Source: Azolla caroliniana (Eukaryota; Plantae; Polypodiophyta). Taken from it: DNA of 64,000 bases. The notes under the pieces were generated by a model. That model saw only the letters and a program-made list of their open reading frames with translations. It ran no database searches and was not told where the DNA came from. Position numbers and translations under genes: made by a program. The number at the start of each line of letters is the position of its first letter. Position 1 is the stretch's first letter. Shown piece by piece: positions 12,001 to 25,708 of the stretch. The stretch covers positions 5,642,001-5,706,000 of the forward strand of contig JBHGNT010000009.1 in NCBI GenBank assembly GCA_043228905.1. Direction: 5' to 3'.

Positions 12001-15000
12001 TGAGAATCAACTTTGATCCCGTGTTGGTCTCCAAACAAATAGTCCCAATTCCTACCACTTTTGAAAGACCATCATTGCCCATCTTCATTATATCCTACCT
12101 TCTTTATATACTAAATGCATCACTTGTTTAAGCAAAAATAACTTATTGTTACCTGTCTTTGATGCATACAATGTTTCGAGTTTATTCCATAGAGCTTTGG
12201 CATTCATTTCATTCACAATATGGTTTAAGACATTATATCCTACCCATTGTCGAATAAATCCACATACCCGTTGGTTCTCGAAAAGTCATTCCTCGGTGGT
12301 TTCTATTGGGACATCTGTCCCTTCAGATGGGATCTGGTGTTGAATGAAGAGGACCCGGTGAGAACTAGAAGAGAAGACATATTTGTGAATATGTTTTGAG
12401 TAAGCCTATTGAGGCTATATTTGTAAATAGACCTAAGTTCATATAAGTATAAATATGACTTAGGGCAAACACCTTAGTGTGGACAGAGGTTGTCATATTG
12501 TTGTATGTATAACTGTTGTATAGTGAGTGACAAAGTGAGAGCGAGAGAGAGAAGAAACAGAGGTCGAGGTCGTTGCCTCCGAGTCTCTGACTGTACCTTT
12601 CTCATATAGTGTTAGTTCGGAGTCTGTGGGCTCTCGTGGTTTTTCCCATTTAGGGTTTTCCACGTAAACATCATGTGTACTCTCTTTTGGTGTATGTGTA
12701 TTCATCTCTATTCTCATTTCTGTGTTTGATCCTTAAACGAAGTGACTCAAGACTCGGTTGTGGCTGATCAATATTCCATGCTTTTCTCTTTAATTTGCTA
12801 TCAAAGCGAACAACACAAGAAATGGAAGAATCATTTGGCAGCATGTTCAAACTCACCGGTTCCAACTACTCAGTTTGGAAGTCGAACATGAGCGTTATGC
12901 TGGTGGTTAAAGATCTTTGGTTGCCGGTAATGTTCGGGGACAAGAGACCGGATAAGATCGACGCCACAGTGTGGGAGGTGATGCACATGAAGAGTACGGC
13001 ATACATCCAGTGCTTCATCAACATGAGCCTGTACAACAACTTCAATGAAGAGAGAAACGCCCATGAACTCTGGGAGAAGATCGACATCATGTTCCAGAAC
13101 AAAAATGTTGTTAATCGGGTTTCGGTAGTCAGGAAGCTAGTGAGGCTCCGGTACCAGAACGACTCTAGTATGGTGGAGCACATGAATGTCTTCTAGGGAC
13201 TGATCCACTAGGCAACCTCATTAGAAGTACCTCTCGCCGATGAGATACTCACATTACTCCTACTCGGTTCCCTCCCGGATAGTTGGGAGACGCTAGTTGT
13301 CACGTTGGGCAACGCCGGGCCGGAAGGAAAGCTGTTGTCCCTAGCAAGGGTAAAATCAAGCTTGCTAGATGAAGAGGCTCACCGGAAGGACTGGGAGTCC
13401 GGAATCGATCCGAAGGCCTTGGTCACGGAAGATGACCACAACCAGGGAAAAGATCGGTCTCGGAATCCCCAAAACTAGGACAAATCAGGACGAGGTCGAA
13501 GTCAAGGGGGAGGCCCACATGCTTCTATTGCGGGAAGCCGGGACACTTCCAGAAGAACTATCGACACTTCTGGAAAGAGAAAGAAACCAGCACTATTGAT
13601 TCGAAGAAGAGTTCGGACCGGAGAGGCACGGATCAGAAAGGAACGTCGGCAATCGCGACAAGTGAAGAGGAACGGATAATCATTATTGGGGAGAATGAGT
13701 TAAACCTTGTCAGCGACGAGACAATGTGGGTTGTCGATTCCGGAGCGTCGTTCCACTTGACACAAGATCGGAAATGCTTCTCATCCTACACAACCGGTGA
13801 TCATGGGTGTGTCTGGATGGGGAATGAAGGTACATGCTGAATTGTCAGCATAGGAGATGTGTTGTTGACGACACCAACCAGATGCAAGTTGTTGCTGAAG
13901 GATGTCTAACATGTTCCGGAGTTTTGACTGAACCTGATATCAGCCGGTCAGCCAGATGATGAAGGCTACACGGGTAGCATCCGGAATGGAGTCATGAAGT
14001 TCTGCAAAGCGAGCCTAATAGTGGCTCGAGCCCGGAAGGTCAACACACTGTACCTAATGAATGCCCAATTATGCCGGGAAGAAGTGAACGTTGCATCCGA
14101 CACTGCCGGTGAGCTGTGCACAAGAGATTGTGTCACATGAGCAAGAAGGGGATGAAGAGGCCTGCCGAAGACAATCTTATTCTGGTGAAGGACGTGCAAC
14201 TTGAGAAGTGCACCAACTACCTAGCCGGCAAACAAAACCGAACCTCCTTCCGGTCAAGACCATTGATGACACGGAATGCACTACTAGAGCTGGTGCATAC
14301 CGATGTGTGTCAAATGGACACAAAGTCACATGCCAGATCGCAGTACTTCGTGACGTTCATAGATGACCACAGTCGGAAGCTGTGGGTCTCACCATTGAAG
14401 ATGAAGGATCAAGTGCTATCCGTCTCCAAGGAGCTCCACGCAAGACTGGAAAGAGAAACCGGTCGGAAGCTAAAGGCGGTTCGAGTAGCCAATGGAGGAG
14501 AATACCAGGGGCATTCCGAGGAGTACTGTCGGTCGAAGGGAATCCGGCTTGAATTCACCGTGCCGAAGACCCCGGAATTGAAGGGGTTGGCCGAATGGAT
14601 GAACCGGACCGTGATGGAGAGAGTTCGGAGCATGTTGGCACATGCAAAGTTACCCAAGATGTTTTGGGCTAAGGCGTTGATGAAGAAGACCTATTTAATA
14701 AACAAATCACCCTCAGTCCCCTTGGACGGAGACACACCGCAAAGAGTATGGACCGGTAAGGACGTGTCTTACTGGCATATGAAGGTGTTCGAGTGTCTCG
14801 CATATGTGCATGTAGCAAAGGACAAGAGAGCAAAGCTGGATCCGAAGTCCAGGCCATGCATATTCCTTGGATATAGAGATGATGTGTTCAGTTATCGGGT
14901 GTGGGATCTAGTCGACAAGAAGGTGTTCCGGAGTCAAGACATAGTCTTCATGGAAGATAGGACCATTGCCGACTGGGAGTTGAAGACCACGGTGATGAAC

Positions 15001-18000
15001 TCTGTATCATCCAATGAAAACCTACTTGAGGACACAAGGACATACTCGGTTGAAAACTGAATGTTAGCCGATAACCGGATGACACTCGACGAACCGACTG
15101 AATACGGACAAGAAACCGAACCGACCGAAGAAGAAGGAGGAGGAGGAGGAGACACCGGAACTGGACAAGATCCCGAATCGGATTCGGATGAGAACAAACG
15201 GAGGAGCCGGTAGTCAAAAACCAAGGACAGAGATATCCTCTCCGAGAGCAAAGAGCCCCCCGAAGATTTCTGAATGTTGACCATGTGTTGCTAACCGATG
15301 AGGGGGAGCCAAAAAGCTTCGAAGAAGCAAAGAGAGACGCCCACAACCGCAAGTGGTTGAGTGCCATGCAGGATGAGATGGATTCCCTACATGAGAACCA
15401 CACATATGAACTGACGGAGTTGCCAAAAGGGAAGAAAGCACTCCGGAACAAGTGGGTGTACAAGTTGAAACCGGGAGATGCCGGAAATCCATCAAGGTAT
15501 AAGGCCCGAATCGTGGTGAAGGGCTTCCAGCTAAAGAAAGGAGTTGATTTCGATGAGATCGTTGCCCTGGTAGTAAAGATGACATCCATCCGGACGGTAT
15601 TAGGCATAGCGGCAAGCATTGACCTCGAGGAAGAGCAACTAGACATAAAGACGGCATTCTTCCATGGTGACCTCAAAGAGGAAATTTACACACAGTAACC
15701 GGAAGGATTTGAGAAGAAAGGAAAGGAGCACCTGGTGTGCCGGTTGAAGAAGAGCCTATACGGACTGAAGCAAGCTCCCCGGCAATGGTACCAGAAGTTT
15801 GACTCCTTCATGACCGACCAAGGGTACCACAAGACGCAAGCTGATCACCGCGTGTTTCTGAAGAAATTTGACGGAGGAGATTTCCTGATACTTCTCCTAT
15901 ATGTGGATGATATGTTGATCATCAGACGATACCAAGGCAAGATCCAGATGCTGAAGAAGGCTCTGAACCATACCTTCTCAATGAAAGACCTGGGTCCGGC
16001 AACACAGATATTGGGAATGCACATCATCCGAGACCGGTTGAAGAAGTTGTTGTGGTTGTCATAGGAGAAGTACGTGAAAAAGGTGCTTCAACGGTTCAAC
16101 ATGTTGGAGGCGAAGCCGATCAGATCGACACTTCCGGCAAACTGCAAGCTATCCGGAAAACAACGCCCAAAGACAAAGCTAGAGAAGACGGATATGATGA
16201 AGATACCATATGCCTCTGCCATCGGGAGCTTGATGTATGCGATGGTGTGTACCCGGCCGGACATCAATTACGTTGTAGGAGTAGTCAGCCCGTTCATGAG
16301 TAATCCCGGTAGAGAGCACTGGAACGCGGTCAAGTGGATACTCCGGTATCTGAACGGCACCTCGAGTATGTGCCTCCAGTTCGGCTCCAGTAATCCCCAA
16401 CTTGACAAATTCACGGAATCGGATATGTCGGTTGCTGCGGATACCAATCAGTCTACATCCGGATATGTCATGACTTATGCAAGGGGGAGGGGGAGTTGTA
16501 TCATGGCAGTCGAGGCTGCAGAAGACAGTTGTGTTATCAACCATGGAGTCGGTGTACATGGCAGTTGTAGAAGCTGGCAAGGAGATAATCTGGATGAATG
16601 ACTTCATCAGAGAGCTAGGGATCCAATAGGAGCAATACCAGCTCTACTGCGATAGTCAAATTGCCATCCACCTTGCAATCGGCCTACCATTCCCAGACGA
16701 AACATATCCAACAGAGGTACCACTAGATACGGGAGAGAGTAGAAGATCAAGAGTTCGTGCTGACGAAGATCCACACGGAGGAGAACGGGTTGGGTATGCT
16801 GACCAAGGTGTTGACAACTGACAAGCTGGATGCAGGCCGAAAGCTGATCGAGCTGGTGTATATCCCATGCTGGAGTGAAGGGGGAGATTGTTGGGACATC
16901 GGTCCCTCCGGATGGGATCCGGTATTGAATGAAGAGAACCCGGTGAGAACCGGAAGAGAAGACATATTTGTGAATATGTTTTGAATAAGCCTATTGAGGC
17001 TATATTAGTAAATATCCCTAAGTTCATATAAGTATAAATATGACTTAGGGCAAACACCTTAGCGTGGACAGAGGTTGTCATATTGTTGTATGTATAACTG
17101 TTGTATAGTGAGTAACAAAGTGAGAGCGAGAGAGGAGATACCGAGTGATATTCTGTTGTAACCGTCGTTTGGCGAAGAAACAGAGCTCGAGGTTGTTACC
17201 TCCGAGTCTCTGACTGTACCTTTCCCATATAGTGTTAGTTCGGAGTTTGTGGGCTCCTGTGGTTTTTCCCATTTAGGGTTTTCCACGTAAACATCCTATG
17301 TACTCTCTTTTGGTGTACATGTATTCATCTCTATTCTCATTTCTATGTTTGATCCTTAAACAAAGTGATTCCAGACTCGGTTGTGGCCAAGCAATATTCC
17401 GCGCTTTTCTCTTCAGTTTTGTTCTCCGGTTTGGTGGCTATGAAAATAGATAAATGTAGATTTTTCACAAAAAGAAGATCTTTCATCTTACCTCTCCATT
17501 TGTGGTAGTTAGTGTCGTTCAAGCAAACCATTTTGGAAAAAATTGCCTCTATAAGAAAGTGCTAAACCTCGCTCTGATACCACTTGAACGGAATTTATAG
17601 CACTAAATCACTTATCTGAGACAAAGAAAGATTATTAAAAGAAAACAAGAAGATACACAACAAATACTATGCACAATACTCCACAAAAATTTAACGTGGA
17701 AAACCCTCGAAGAGGTAAAAACCACGGGACCTAGTCCAGAAATAATCCACTGTCAATGTAAATTTATACACCAAAGTTCTCCTCTAAACAAGTTAGAAAC
17801 CATGAGAAAACGAGGATATTTCCTCAACTACTAAACCCAACAAAAAAGACACAAATACAACCACCCAAACTCACAACATGTGGTTTATGATAGAGGCGGC
17901 GATGTCCAGATGTCTGAGTTTATCGGTGTACTCGAGAGTGCTTGAAGGAGTGAGCCAAGAAAGAGAGTATGAGCTCTCTAAAATCTATTTTTTTTCTCTT

Positions 18001-18166
18001 CTGCAGAGAAATACCCGTTTCACTCTTTTTAACTCACTCTCAAAACGTGAGTATAGGTATGTAACGCCATCTTGTGTGACCCCTTTTCACACGATATTTA
18101 AAAAATACAAGTTTTGGTCGTCGAAGGCCCATTTACATAGCAAGTATGTGGACAAAAAACCTAATA
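9073..18166 (-). mobile_element. Ty1/copia element, 3'-truncated and internally deleted [element E], host of element I
   Basis: 5' LTR about 17585-18166; PBS 17571-17582; gag MVCLNDTNYHKWRGKMKDLL resumes at 12090-12303; GAG-pre-integrase, INT, RT (LLYVNNM) and RNaseH fragments 9073-12088. Confidence 0.9.
12304..17415 (+). mobile_element. Full-length decayed Ty1/copia element [element I]
   Basis: LTRs 12304-12792 and 16889-17415; TSD GTTTC/GTTTT; degenerate PBS 12796-12807; gag, DSGAS protease, INT (14116-15060), RT (LYVDDM) and RNaseH in copia order; PPT before 16889. Confidence 0.95.
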
Positions 18167-18700
18167 AGAGAATAGTAATATGCCTACCATTTTGAATTTT
18201 TTGCGTTTCTCTTGTTCCTTTCGGGATCAAGTAGATCATCCCCTCTACAATCGACTCTGGCATGTGTTTTGTGCTCCATATTTTCTAGAAGCCTTTCACA
18301 ATTGTATCTGAGATTGCATCCCAGAACATGTCGAAGAAAATATGTGGAATTCCATCAATCCCTAGACATGCCATGACGCAAGACTATATTTCCTCAATCC
18401 ATCTGCAATCTCAACTTTATCTAAGGGTTTGCATTGTCTGCTCTAATCAGCCCATGTAAGCTTGGATTGTATGCATGTAAGAAATACCATGGAGAAGGAG
18501 GGTTCTCAGCATGAATTCCTTGGAGTAGAAAGAAATCGTGATTTCCATAATCTCGTGAATGTCCTCTGTGACTGTAGCATTGGGCCGTATTAGGCTTGTT
18601 GGTTGTCCACCGGTTCTCGTCAATGCCTTTGAATGGAAGAATTCCTTGCTAGTTATAGTTCAATATGTGAATAATGGGAAGGTTACTGGTTTAAAACTAC
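18167..18700 (-). pseudogene. L1-type LINE reverse transcriptase fragment
   Basis: Manual translation LGIDGIPHIFFDMFWDAIS...EGMIYLIPKG...QNGRHITIL matches the L1 RT N-terminal motifs (PGxDG, IxLIPK, RPIxLL). Confidence 0.65.
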
Positions 18701-21394
18701 TTTCTATACCAATTTATAGGCAATCACATTCGTTTAGTTCATGTCAATAGAATTGATTCGGGAAGACTCATTGATGTTATACATCAAAAAAATCATTCTA
18801 GCATTTGATATTAGATTTTCGTGAGAATGAGAGCTACTGCAATTTTAACTTGTGAAATGTCATTTGAATAAAAACATATTATTTGATTCATAGAATAACA
18901 TTGTCTTCTCAAAGTTGTTACATGTGTGACTACTATCTACTACTCATTAAGGCAAGTGGATGCATGTCTATAGCACAAACAATGAAATTCAATTAATGTG
19001 AGATTTAAGTATACAAGTTCAATCAACTAGCTAATATAAACTCTTTAAAGATAGAAATTTCAAACATTGACTTAACATCTAGTAAGGATGTTGTCATGTT
19101 CTTAATATACAAAAGTTTAAAAAAGTAGTGCTTTTTTATTTGGTTGGTAGAGAAAAAGCATTAGTTTATAAAACTAACAAATAATGGACTTTTTTTGTGA
19201 TGTTGAAAAGGTAGTGTTATATAAGAAAGGATCTAGGAATGAATACGTTTCCTGGAAAATTTCCAATTTTTACTTTATTATACTTTAGAAGGTAGAAGGT
19301 GGAAAGGACAAAAGAGAGTGACATTGAGATTGCATTCGGATATACCAATGCATGTAACATTCATGGTCAAGAATATATGTTATGAATGATATATAAGATA
19401 TATCATGGTTTTCGGGTTCATCATAAGGATTGCATGATTCTAGAAAAAGTATTGCATTGGTCTTTTACGTGCTTAAGTTTAATATATTTACAAATGCTCA
19501 ACAAATGTGATGGATTCTATTTTGCATACGAAAAGTACCATAGTGTAAATTATAAAACTAATAAGCAAAGTAAAAACCCCAAATTTGGTGGACAAGACAA
19601 GAAGAGAAGTTGGTGATGTGGTTCTAATTGATTAGTCAAAGACAATGTATATATATATATTATAATTCACAAGAAGCAAGTTGTATCTTGTGTAATGTAA
19701 AATACATTATCTCAATTATTTGTAAATGTTTATCGAGTTACACATATCTACAACACAAATCCAATGCACATGATTGCTTGAAGAAAGACATCTTTAACAA
19801 ACATACCGCAAGACTCTATTAAGATAGGAATATATAAATTTGCGTATCTTGTATAGGGTGCATGTAGATGTTATGTTCACAATTTTAGTATCAAAAATAC
19901 TTATTAAGATTGCTTAAATCTTTCGAATCTAATGTAACATTTATAGTTATTTGGCAAATGGGGTAGGAGGCAAACACTACATATACGCTACGATCTATAT
20001 ATCCTTATGAAAATACCAAGGTTTCTTTTTTTGTTTCTCTTCATCCCGTTGAATGGAGCACCTTTTTTAGCTCCTTGTTTTTTGGTCACCTCATCCAACA
20101 AAAAATGTTTTTTAAGCATTGTGTGTAATAATGCTAAAGAGTATTATTTAAATTATAAATTGTACATGAATGATTGCATCCTTCATTCTTAAAGCATTCT
20201 TTGCAACACCCTGATTGAGAATATGTAAACCGAATATAATTATTAAATTTACAAATTGCACAAACTTTAGGAACTTATAAGATTCAACGGGCAAGAAGTG
20301 TGTAAGATTAACTTTGGTAGCCTAATATATGTTTGGCTTATATGGTTAACCTTATACACCTATATGGTGTAATTTCCAAACCTCTATGTTTTAATATCAC
20401 ATGACTCTTTGCCTCATAGATTCTAGAAGATGACGTAGAAGCCACAAAGCCCATGGTTAATTAGAAATCACTCTTCTTACAAAATATTTAGAATTTCACT
20501 AATAAATCCACTTCAACTACAACATTCTTTCTGTTCAACATTGATTCAACCATAGTCTAAAATCGCATTTACACACATATTTGTATATATGCATGACTTT
20601 GAGAGTTGCATGTTGAATGTTTAAATCATTTCACTAAGCACTCCGTATCCAACCAACTTGACTTTGAGACTTTACGATTCCCACCAAAATAGCACATTAC
20701 ATTGTCTCTCAAGCATCCATTAGTGATTCTTCTACCCATCAACAACCATGGCCATTCAACCTACTAATATTATTCCCATTGATCTAGTCTAGTTACTTAG
20801 ATCTATTTTCTAATATTCCTGATAAGAAGTTAATGATTTATCTATCCTTCCAATTACCCCTCTTCAAATGGAGATTGGGCTACTTCAAATCATTATCTCA
20901 CTATGTCTCACAACTCACTACTGATGAACCGTTGAAATATTTTATCCATTCTAAGGTTTGTCGACATCTAGTATGAGTGAAATCCTTAAAGCTCCTACTA
21001 AACCTTGTATCAATTAGTTGATTGACATTAAGAAAAATACTGTTGTCATGCATTACTCACATCCAAGAAATCTTAAAAGGTTTTCAACATTACACACAAT
21101 TCATTCTCACTCATGCGCTTGCACAAGGAATGGTGTAAACATTCTATAGGAATTCAAAACCCAAAAGCAGAGTAATCAATTAAAGTGTTTTGATATTTGT
21201 TAATAATGTAGCCACTCATGGGCGTCTAGTGATTAATAGGTTTAATGGTAAAGCTCTCTCATGCCAATTGGAACACCTATTAATATTGCCAATTTTCTAT
21301 CCTTAAGTAAAAAAGAAATAAACTTTGAAACCTTATCTTGTTTGTCATAATTGGCATTGACTTGTGCTAGTAGAAGTGATGAAGGCTTAATGTG

Positions 21395-23366
21395 TGATGT
21401 AAGTATATCAACAAATATGCGGAAGAATGTCTTTGAGGACATTCAAGAGATGTACAACAAACAACACAGATATGAAACAAGAAGAGAGACAGAAGATAGA
21501 CACAGTTCTGAGCTTCAATGGAAGTTCTTATTCTCTTACACTGCAACTCTTACACTCCTCGTCACTTTTACAATGTTAGGGTTGAGCTTATATACTCAAG
21601 CCCTAACTCAAAGACGTGTTCACACTTAGGATATAAAGTGGCAGGAGTCAGCCTTTTTCTGCCATCAAACTCCCCCGTAAAAGGGCCACTCTTTCCTATG
21701 TATACAAGTACTTGGGGTTATCTCCCCCGTGAACCTAGATTACAAAACTAATCTATAGTTACAAGTATACATATAAGGTTGCCGGCATTTAGTCGAATCG
21801 GCAAAGGTAAAGTCAGGCTCTAACCTTATTTGGCTAGTTATCTGGATCAACTTGTTTGATTTGGTTGGAGTGACTAGTCTGGGTCGGACTGTGTCCTAGT
21901 CGACTTGCACTCCTGCCTCCCACTCGTGCTTGCTCCTCGTTGGCTCCTCGATTTGTCTGTAGGTCCATTCATCTCTTGATTGTTTCCTCTCCAGTCAATA
22001 TCCTCGCTCAATGCTGCATCTTCAGCCTCTTGACATTCTGATTCTTTTGACTTTGCCTTTTCGACTTGTCTGATTGAGCATGTCTTTGACTTACCTTCTA
22101 TTCCTCATTTGGCTTTCTTCTGCTCGGTCTCTTGTCGTAGTCACATCATTGTCCTTAGTGCTCCAAAGCGTTGTTCTAGGGAGTGGCTTCGTCAAGAAAT
22201 CAGTGATGTTCATCTTGGTGTTAATCTTCCGGATTTCGAGCTTCTTGTTTGTTACAAGCTCCTAGATATGATGGAATTGTACCTGAATGTGTTTCGTCTT
22301 CACATGATAGACTGGATTTCGAATGAGGTGTGTTGCACTCTGAGAGTTGCAATAGATGGTCAGTGTCGATATAACTTTCAACTTCTGTCGGGTTTGCTGA
22401 TCCAAAAATCAGTTGTACATCTTCGGTTCCTCTTAGATACCTAAAGATGTGCTTAATGGCCTCCCAATGCTTCCGCCTTGGGTTTGACATGTACCAGCTG
22501 ACAACTCCTACAACATAAGCAAGATCAGGTTGGGGCGCCACCATCATGTACATGATACTTCCTACAGTCGATGCTGTGGGATATCATTCCATTGAACTCT
22601 CTCTCTTCATCTATCAAAGGAGAGTCTCTGTCCGATAGTCAGATCGACGTAAAAAACAATGTTAGTGTTGGCTTTGATTTCTCCAGATTGAAGCGCCTCA
22701 ACACCTTTCGGATGTAGTCAGACTGGGAGAGTCGGAGAGTCTTTGTCTTCCGATTTCATTCGATCCTCATACCCGAATTCCTTCATCACGAACTTGTCAT
22801 GAAGGCTTCATTTTATCTTTCCGATCTCTGCTCGATTGCTCCCTACAATGAACATGTCGTGAACGTATAGGATCAAATAGATATGGGACTCGTCGGCTAA
22901 TTGCCGAATATACATGCATGGGGTCAGAGTCGGATCGGCTGTAGCCAAGCTGCCTGATGTAGGAGTCGAACTTTTGGTACCACATCCTTGACGCTTGTCT
23001 TAAGCCATATGACCTTTTCTTCAATCGACATATGAAGTGACCTTCCTCCCTCGTTGCCGTGAAGCTTGTCGGTTGAGACATTTAGATTTCTTCTTCCAAA
23101 TCTTCGTGTAGGAATGTTGTCTTGACGTCCAACTGCTTGAGCTCTAGGTCTTCAATTGCCACGACTCCAAGTAGGAGTGGAAGGGTGGTCATCTTGACTA
23201 TTGGTGAGAATATCTCGTCGTGATGAGTAGAGCTTTATATTTGGGTTTCTCTGAGTCAGATACATATTTGTATCTGAAGACCCATTTGTAGGGCAACGAC
23301 TTCCTTCCAGTTGGTAGTTCAACCAGCTCCCATGTTTGATTCTGATGAATAGAGTCCATCTCGCTC
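21395..23366 (-). mobile_element. Copia 3' half (RT, deleted RNaseH, 3' UTR, PPT, 3' LTR) [J1]
   Basis: LTR 21395-21667 is the reverse complement of LTR 55143-55411; PPT 21668-21676; RT fragments 22221-23360. Confidence 0.85.
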
Positions 23367-23384
23367 ATGATGAATAGACTGTGT

Positions 23385-23580
23385 CAACCGGCATGGGATG
23401 TCTAATTAGTTCAATTCGCTTCCGGCATGCATCCAACTTGTCGGGCGTCAACACCTTGGTCAACATATCTGACCCGTTCTCCTTTGTATGAATCTTCATC
23501 AACACGAACTCTCGATCTTCAACTCGCTCTCGAATCCAGTGGTACCTGCGCTAGATGTGCTTCGTCCAGGAATGATATGC
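23385..23580 (-). pseudogene. Copia RNaseH C-terminal fragment (A/I family)
   Basis: RYHWIRERVE...DMLTKVL...HPMP, homologous to 1820-1985. Confidence 0.75.
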
Positions 23581-25708
23581 GAAAAAGTAAAGGCGAAGCA
23601 ACTAAAAAAGGAGGTCATGCAACTAAAAGGGGATGCATGCAAAGGATCATGGAAGGATCATTTTTTAATATTATCATCATTATTTGCTTGTTTCTCCTAT
23701 CATGCTAAGCCATTTTCTTTCCACTTTATTAGGTTATGAATGAGTCCTCATGAATTAGCTATGCTTTTCCAAATATTGACTGAATTTAATTGGACGTAAG
23801 GAAATTAAAATTTTGTTGTTTTAATGTCAAGCAATGTGCATTCCCTACTAAAATAATGATATGAACTAATTTTGTTGAGACACCAATGCTTTTTCAGACA
23901 TTTTAGCCCATAATGTAAATAATATTTTTGCAACAAACTACACAACATAATAATGTAGCTATGTTTCAAGGAAAACTTGTGTATTTTTTGAATTGAAACT
24001 CGTTTTGATTGAATACATTAAGACATAGCTAAGTGAGTTGGTCAATAATGGTAGAAATTGGCGAAGGGGTGATGAAATTTTAATGTGCAAGAAACATGTT
24101 CATCCAAATGTTGTGTTTTTTGAGATAAACCAACATAGATTCCAAGAAATGAAAATTTATGATAGAAAAGGATACTACAATTATCCACACCATTGCAAGG
24201 TAATATACCTTGCAATCCCTATTTTTGAAATCATTATAACCTTAGTTGTTTCCTTTTATTGCTAAAGGTACAAAGTATGCTAACATGAATTAAGCCAATT
24301 TGAAAGTTGAGAATTTCCTTTTATTGCTAGAGGTACAAAGTATGTTGCCAATTTGAAGGTTGAGAATCTAGGGTATTTATTCTCATCAAGAAAAAACTAA
24401 AATTAAAGAATAGAGGCTAGATTCACAACATCTATATGAGAAGACCTTTTGGGAAGGTGGTTAGGTTGCATGCTATATTTAGATATGGAGAGCTAATTAC
24501 TTGGGGGGAAGAGGAGAAACACTTATGTTGTGTTACCATATCTTAATGGGAGGTGAGCTCTTTGTATAATTTGGGCCACACAAAAAAAGTGTTAAAGACA
24601 TTCCCCTTTATTTTTTCTACTTCTCGCAACAAGCTATTCAATTTTGTAGATCTAGTTTATCGTAAAGTTTAGAATGAACATTTATATGTAGTAAAATCAT
24701 TGATATCCAACATCAACTTAAAAAGATGTAGTAAAAAGAAATGTATGTAATACTTGTTTTTTTAACAATTTGGTTTAGGTTTAAATTGATATGTTTTATA
24801 TTTCTTTTTTACTTTCGTGAAAGTGTGATAGTATATTAGTTCAAGCCATGATTCTTGGCCCTATCGACAATAACTTAGAAACACTTTTTGAGGCCACCTA
24901 GAATAAGGATCCAAGTTCAATGAGGTTCATCTAATAAAACAAGTCTTCTTGACAAACAAACATGTTAATCTTGGCAATGACCACTTTGTTTTGGAGAAAG
25001 GACTAGTGATAAAAGTGGTGTATGCTACTAGGAGCATCCCCACATTACAAACTTTGAAAGGCATCCTTGAATTCTCAACATTACAACACACATGCAAGGG
25101 CAAATTTATTACAAGCTCATACACGTTTAGTATTTTGGGTCACAAATTCGCCAAACAAAACAACGCTACACATAGAAGGTATTTTTCTGCACCTACAAGT
25201 CAAGTTAGGAATGTTCACTCACATGCAATCATAGCTATCATCTCCCATAACCCTTCATCAACGACAACATCGTGAAATCTATCTTCCCTAACTAAGGTCC
25301 TTGGTGGTTCGGCTCAACTTTTTACATGCTTGTGTCTATTTTCGTGACAACATGCTTCCCTTATTAGCATTTGAGAGTGTCGATTCTGCCAAAAAATAGA
25401 CACTTAGTATGGGAATTTCTTTGTAAACAATATTATATTGAAGATGGAGTCGTCAATCCATGAAAGGATATGTTGAAATACACAAATCTTGCGGAAATAA
25501 GAGACAACACAATAGGCAAAATGCACAGGGCACAACGTTTTACTTGGAATCCCTAAATGGGGAAAACCCACGGGAACAAAGATTCCACTATACAAAGAGA
25601 ATATAGGATGAGATCAGAGTACAAACACTCTCCACTTAGAGTGTATCAACCACACAGGGCTCTTGGCGTCAAACTTCACTTGGCTATGGCCTCTCTCTCT
25701 CTCTCTCT

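Noticed and set aside
18700-21394. Host gene in AT-rich interval (also 23580-25435, 47887-48576, 54285-55142)
   Set aside because: Only short low-complexity ORFs, with no recognisable domain or exon structure
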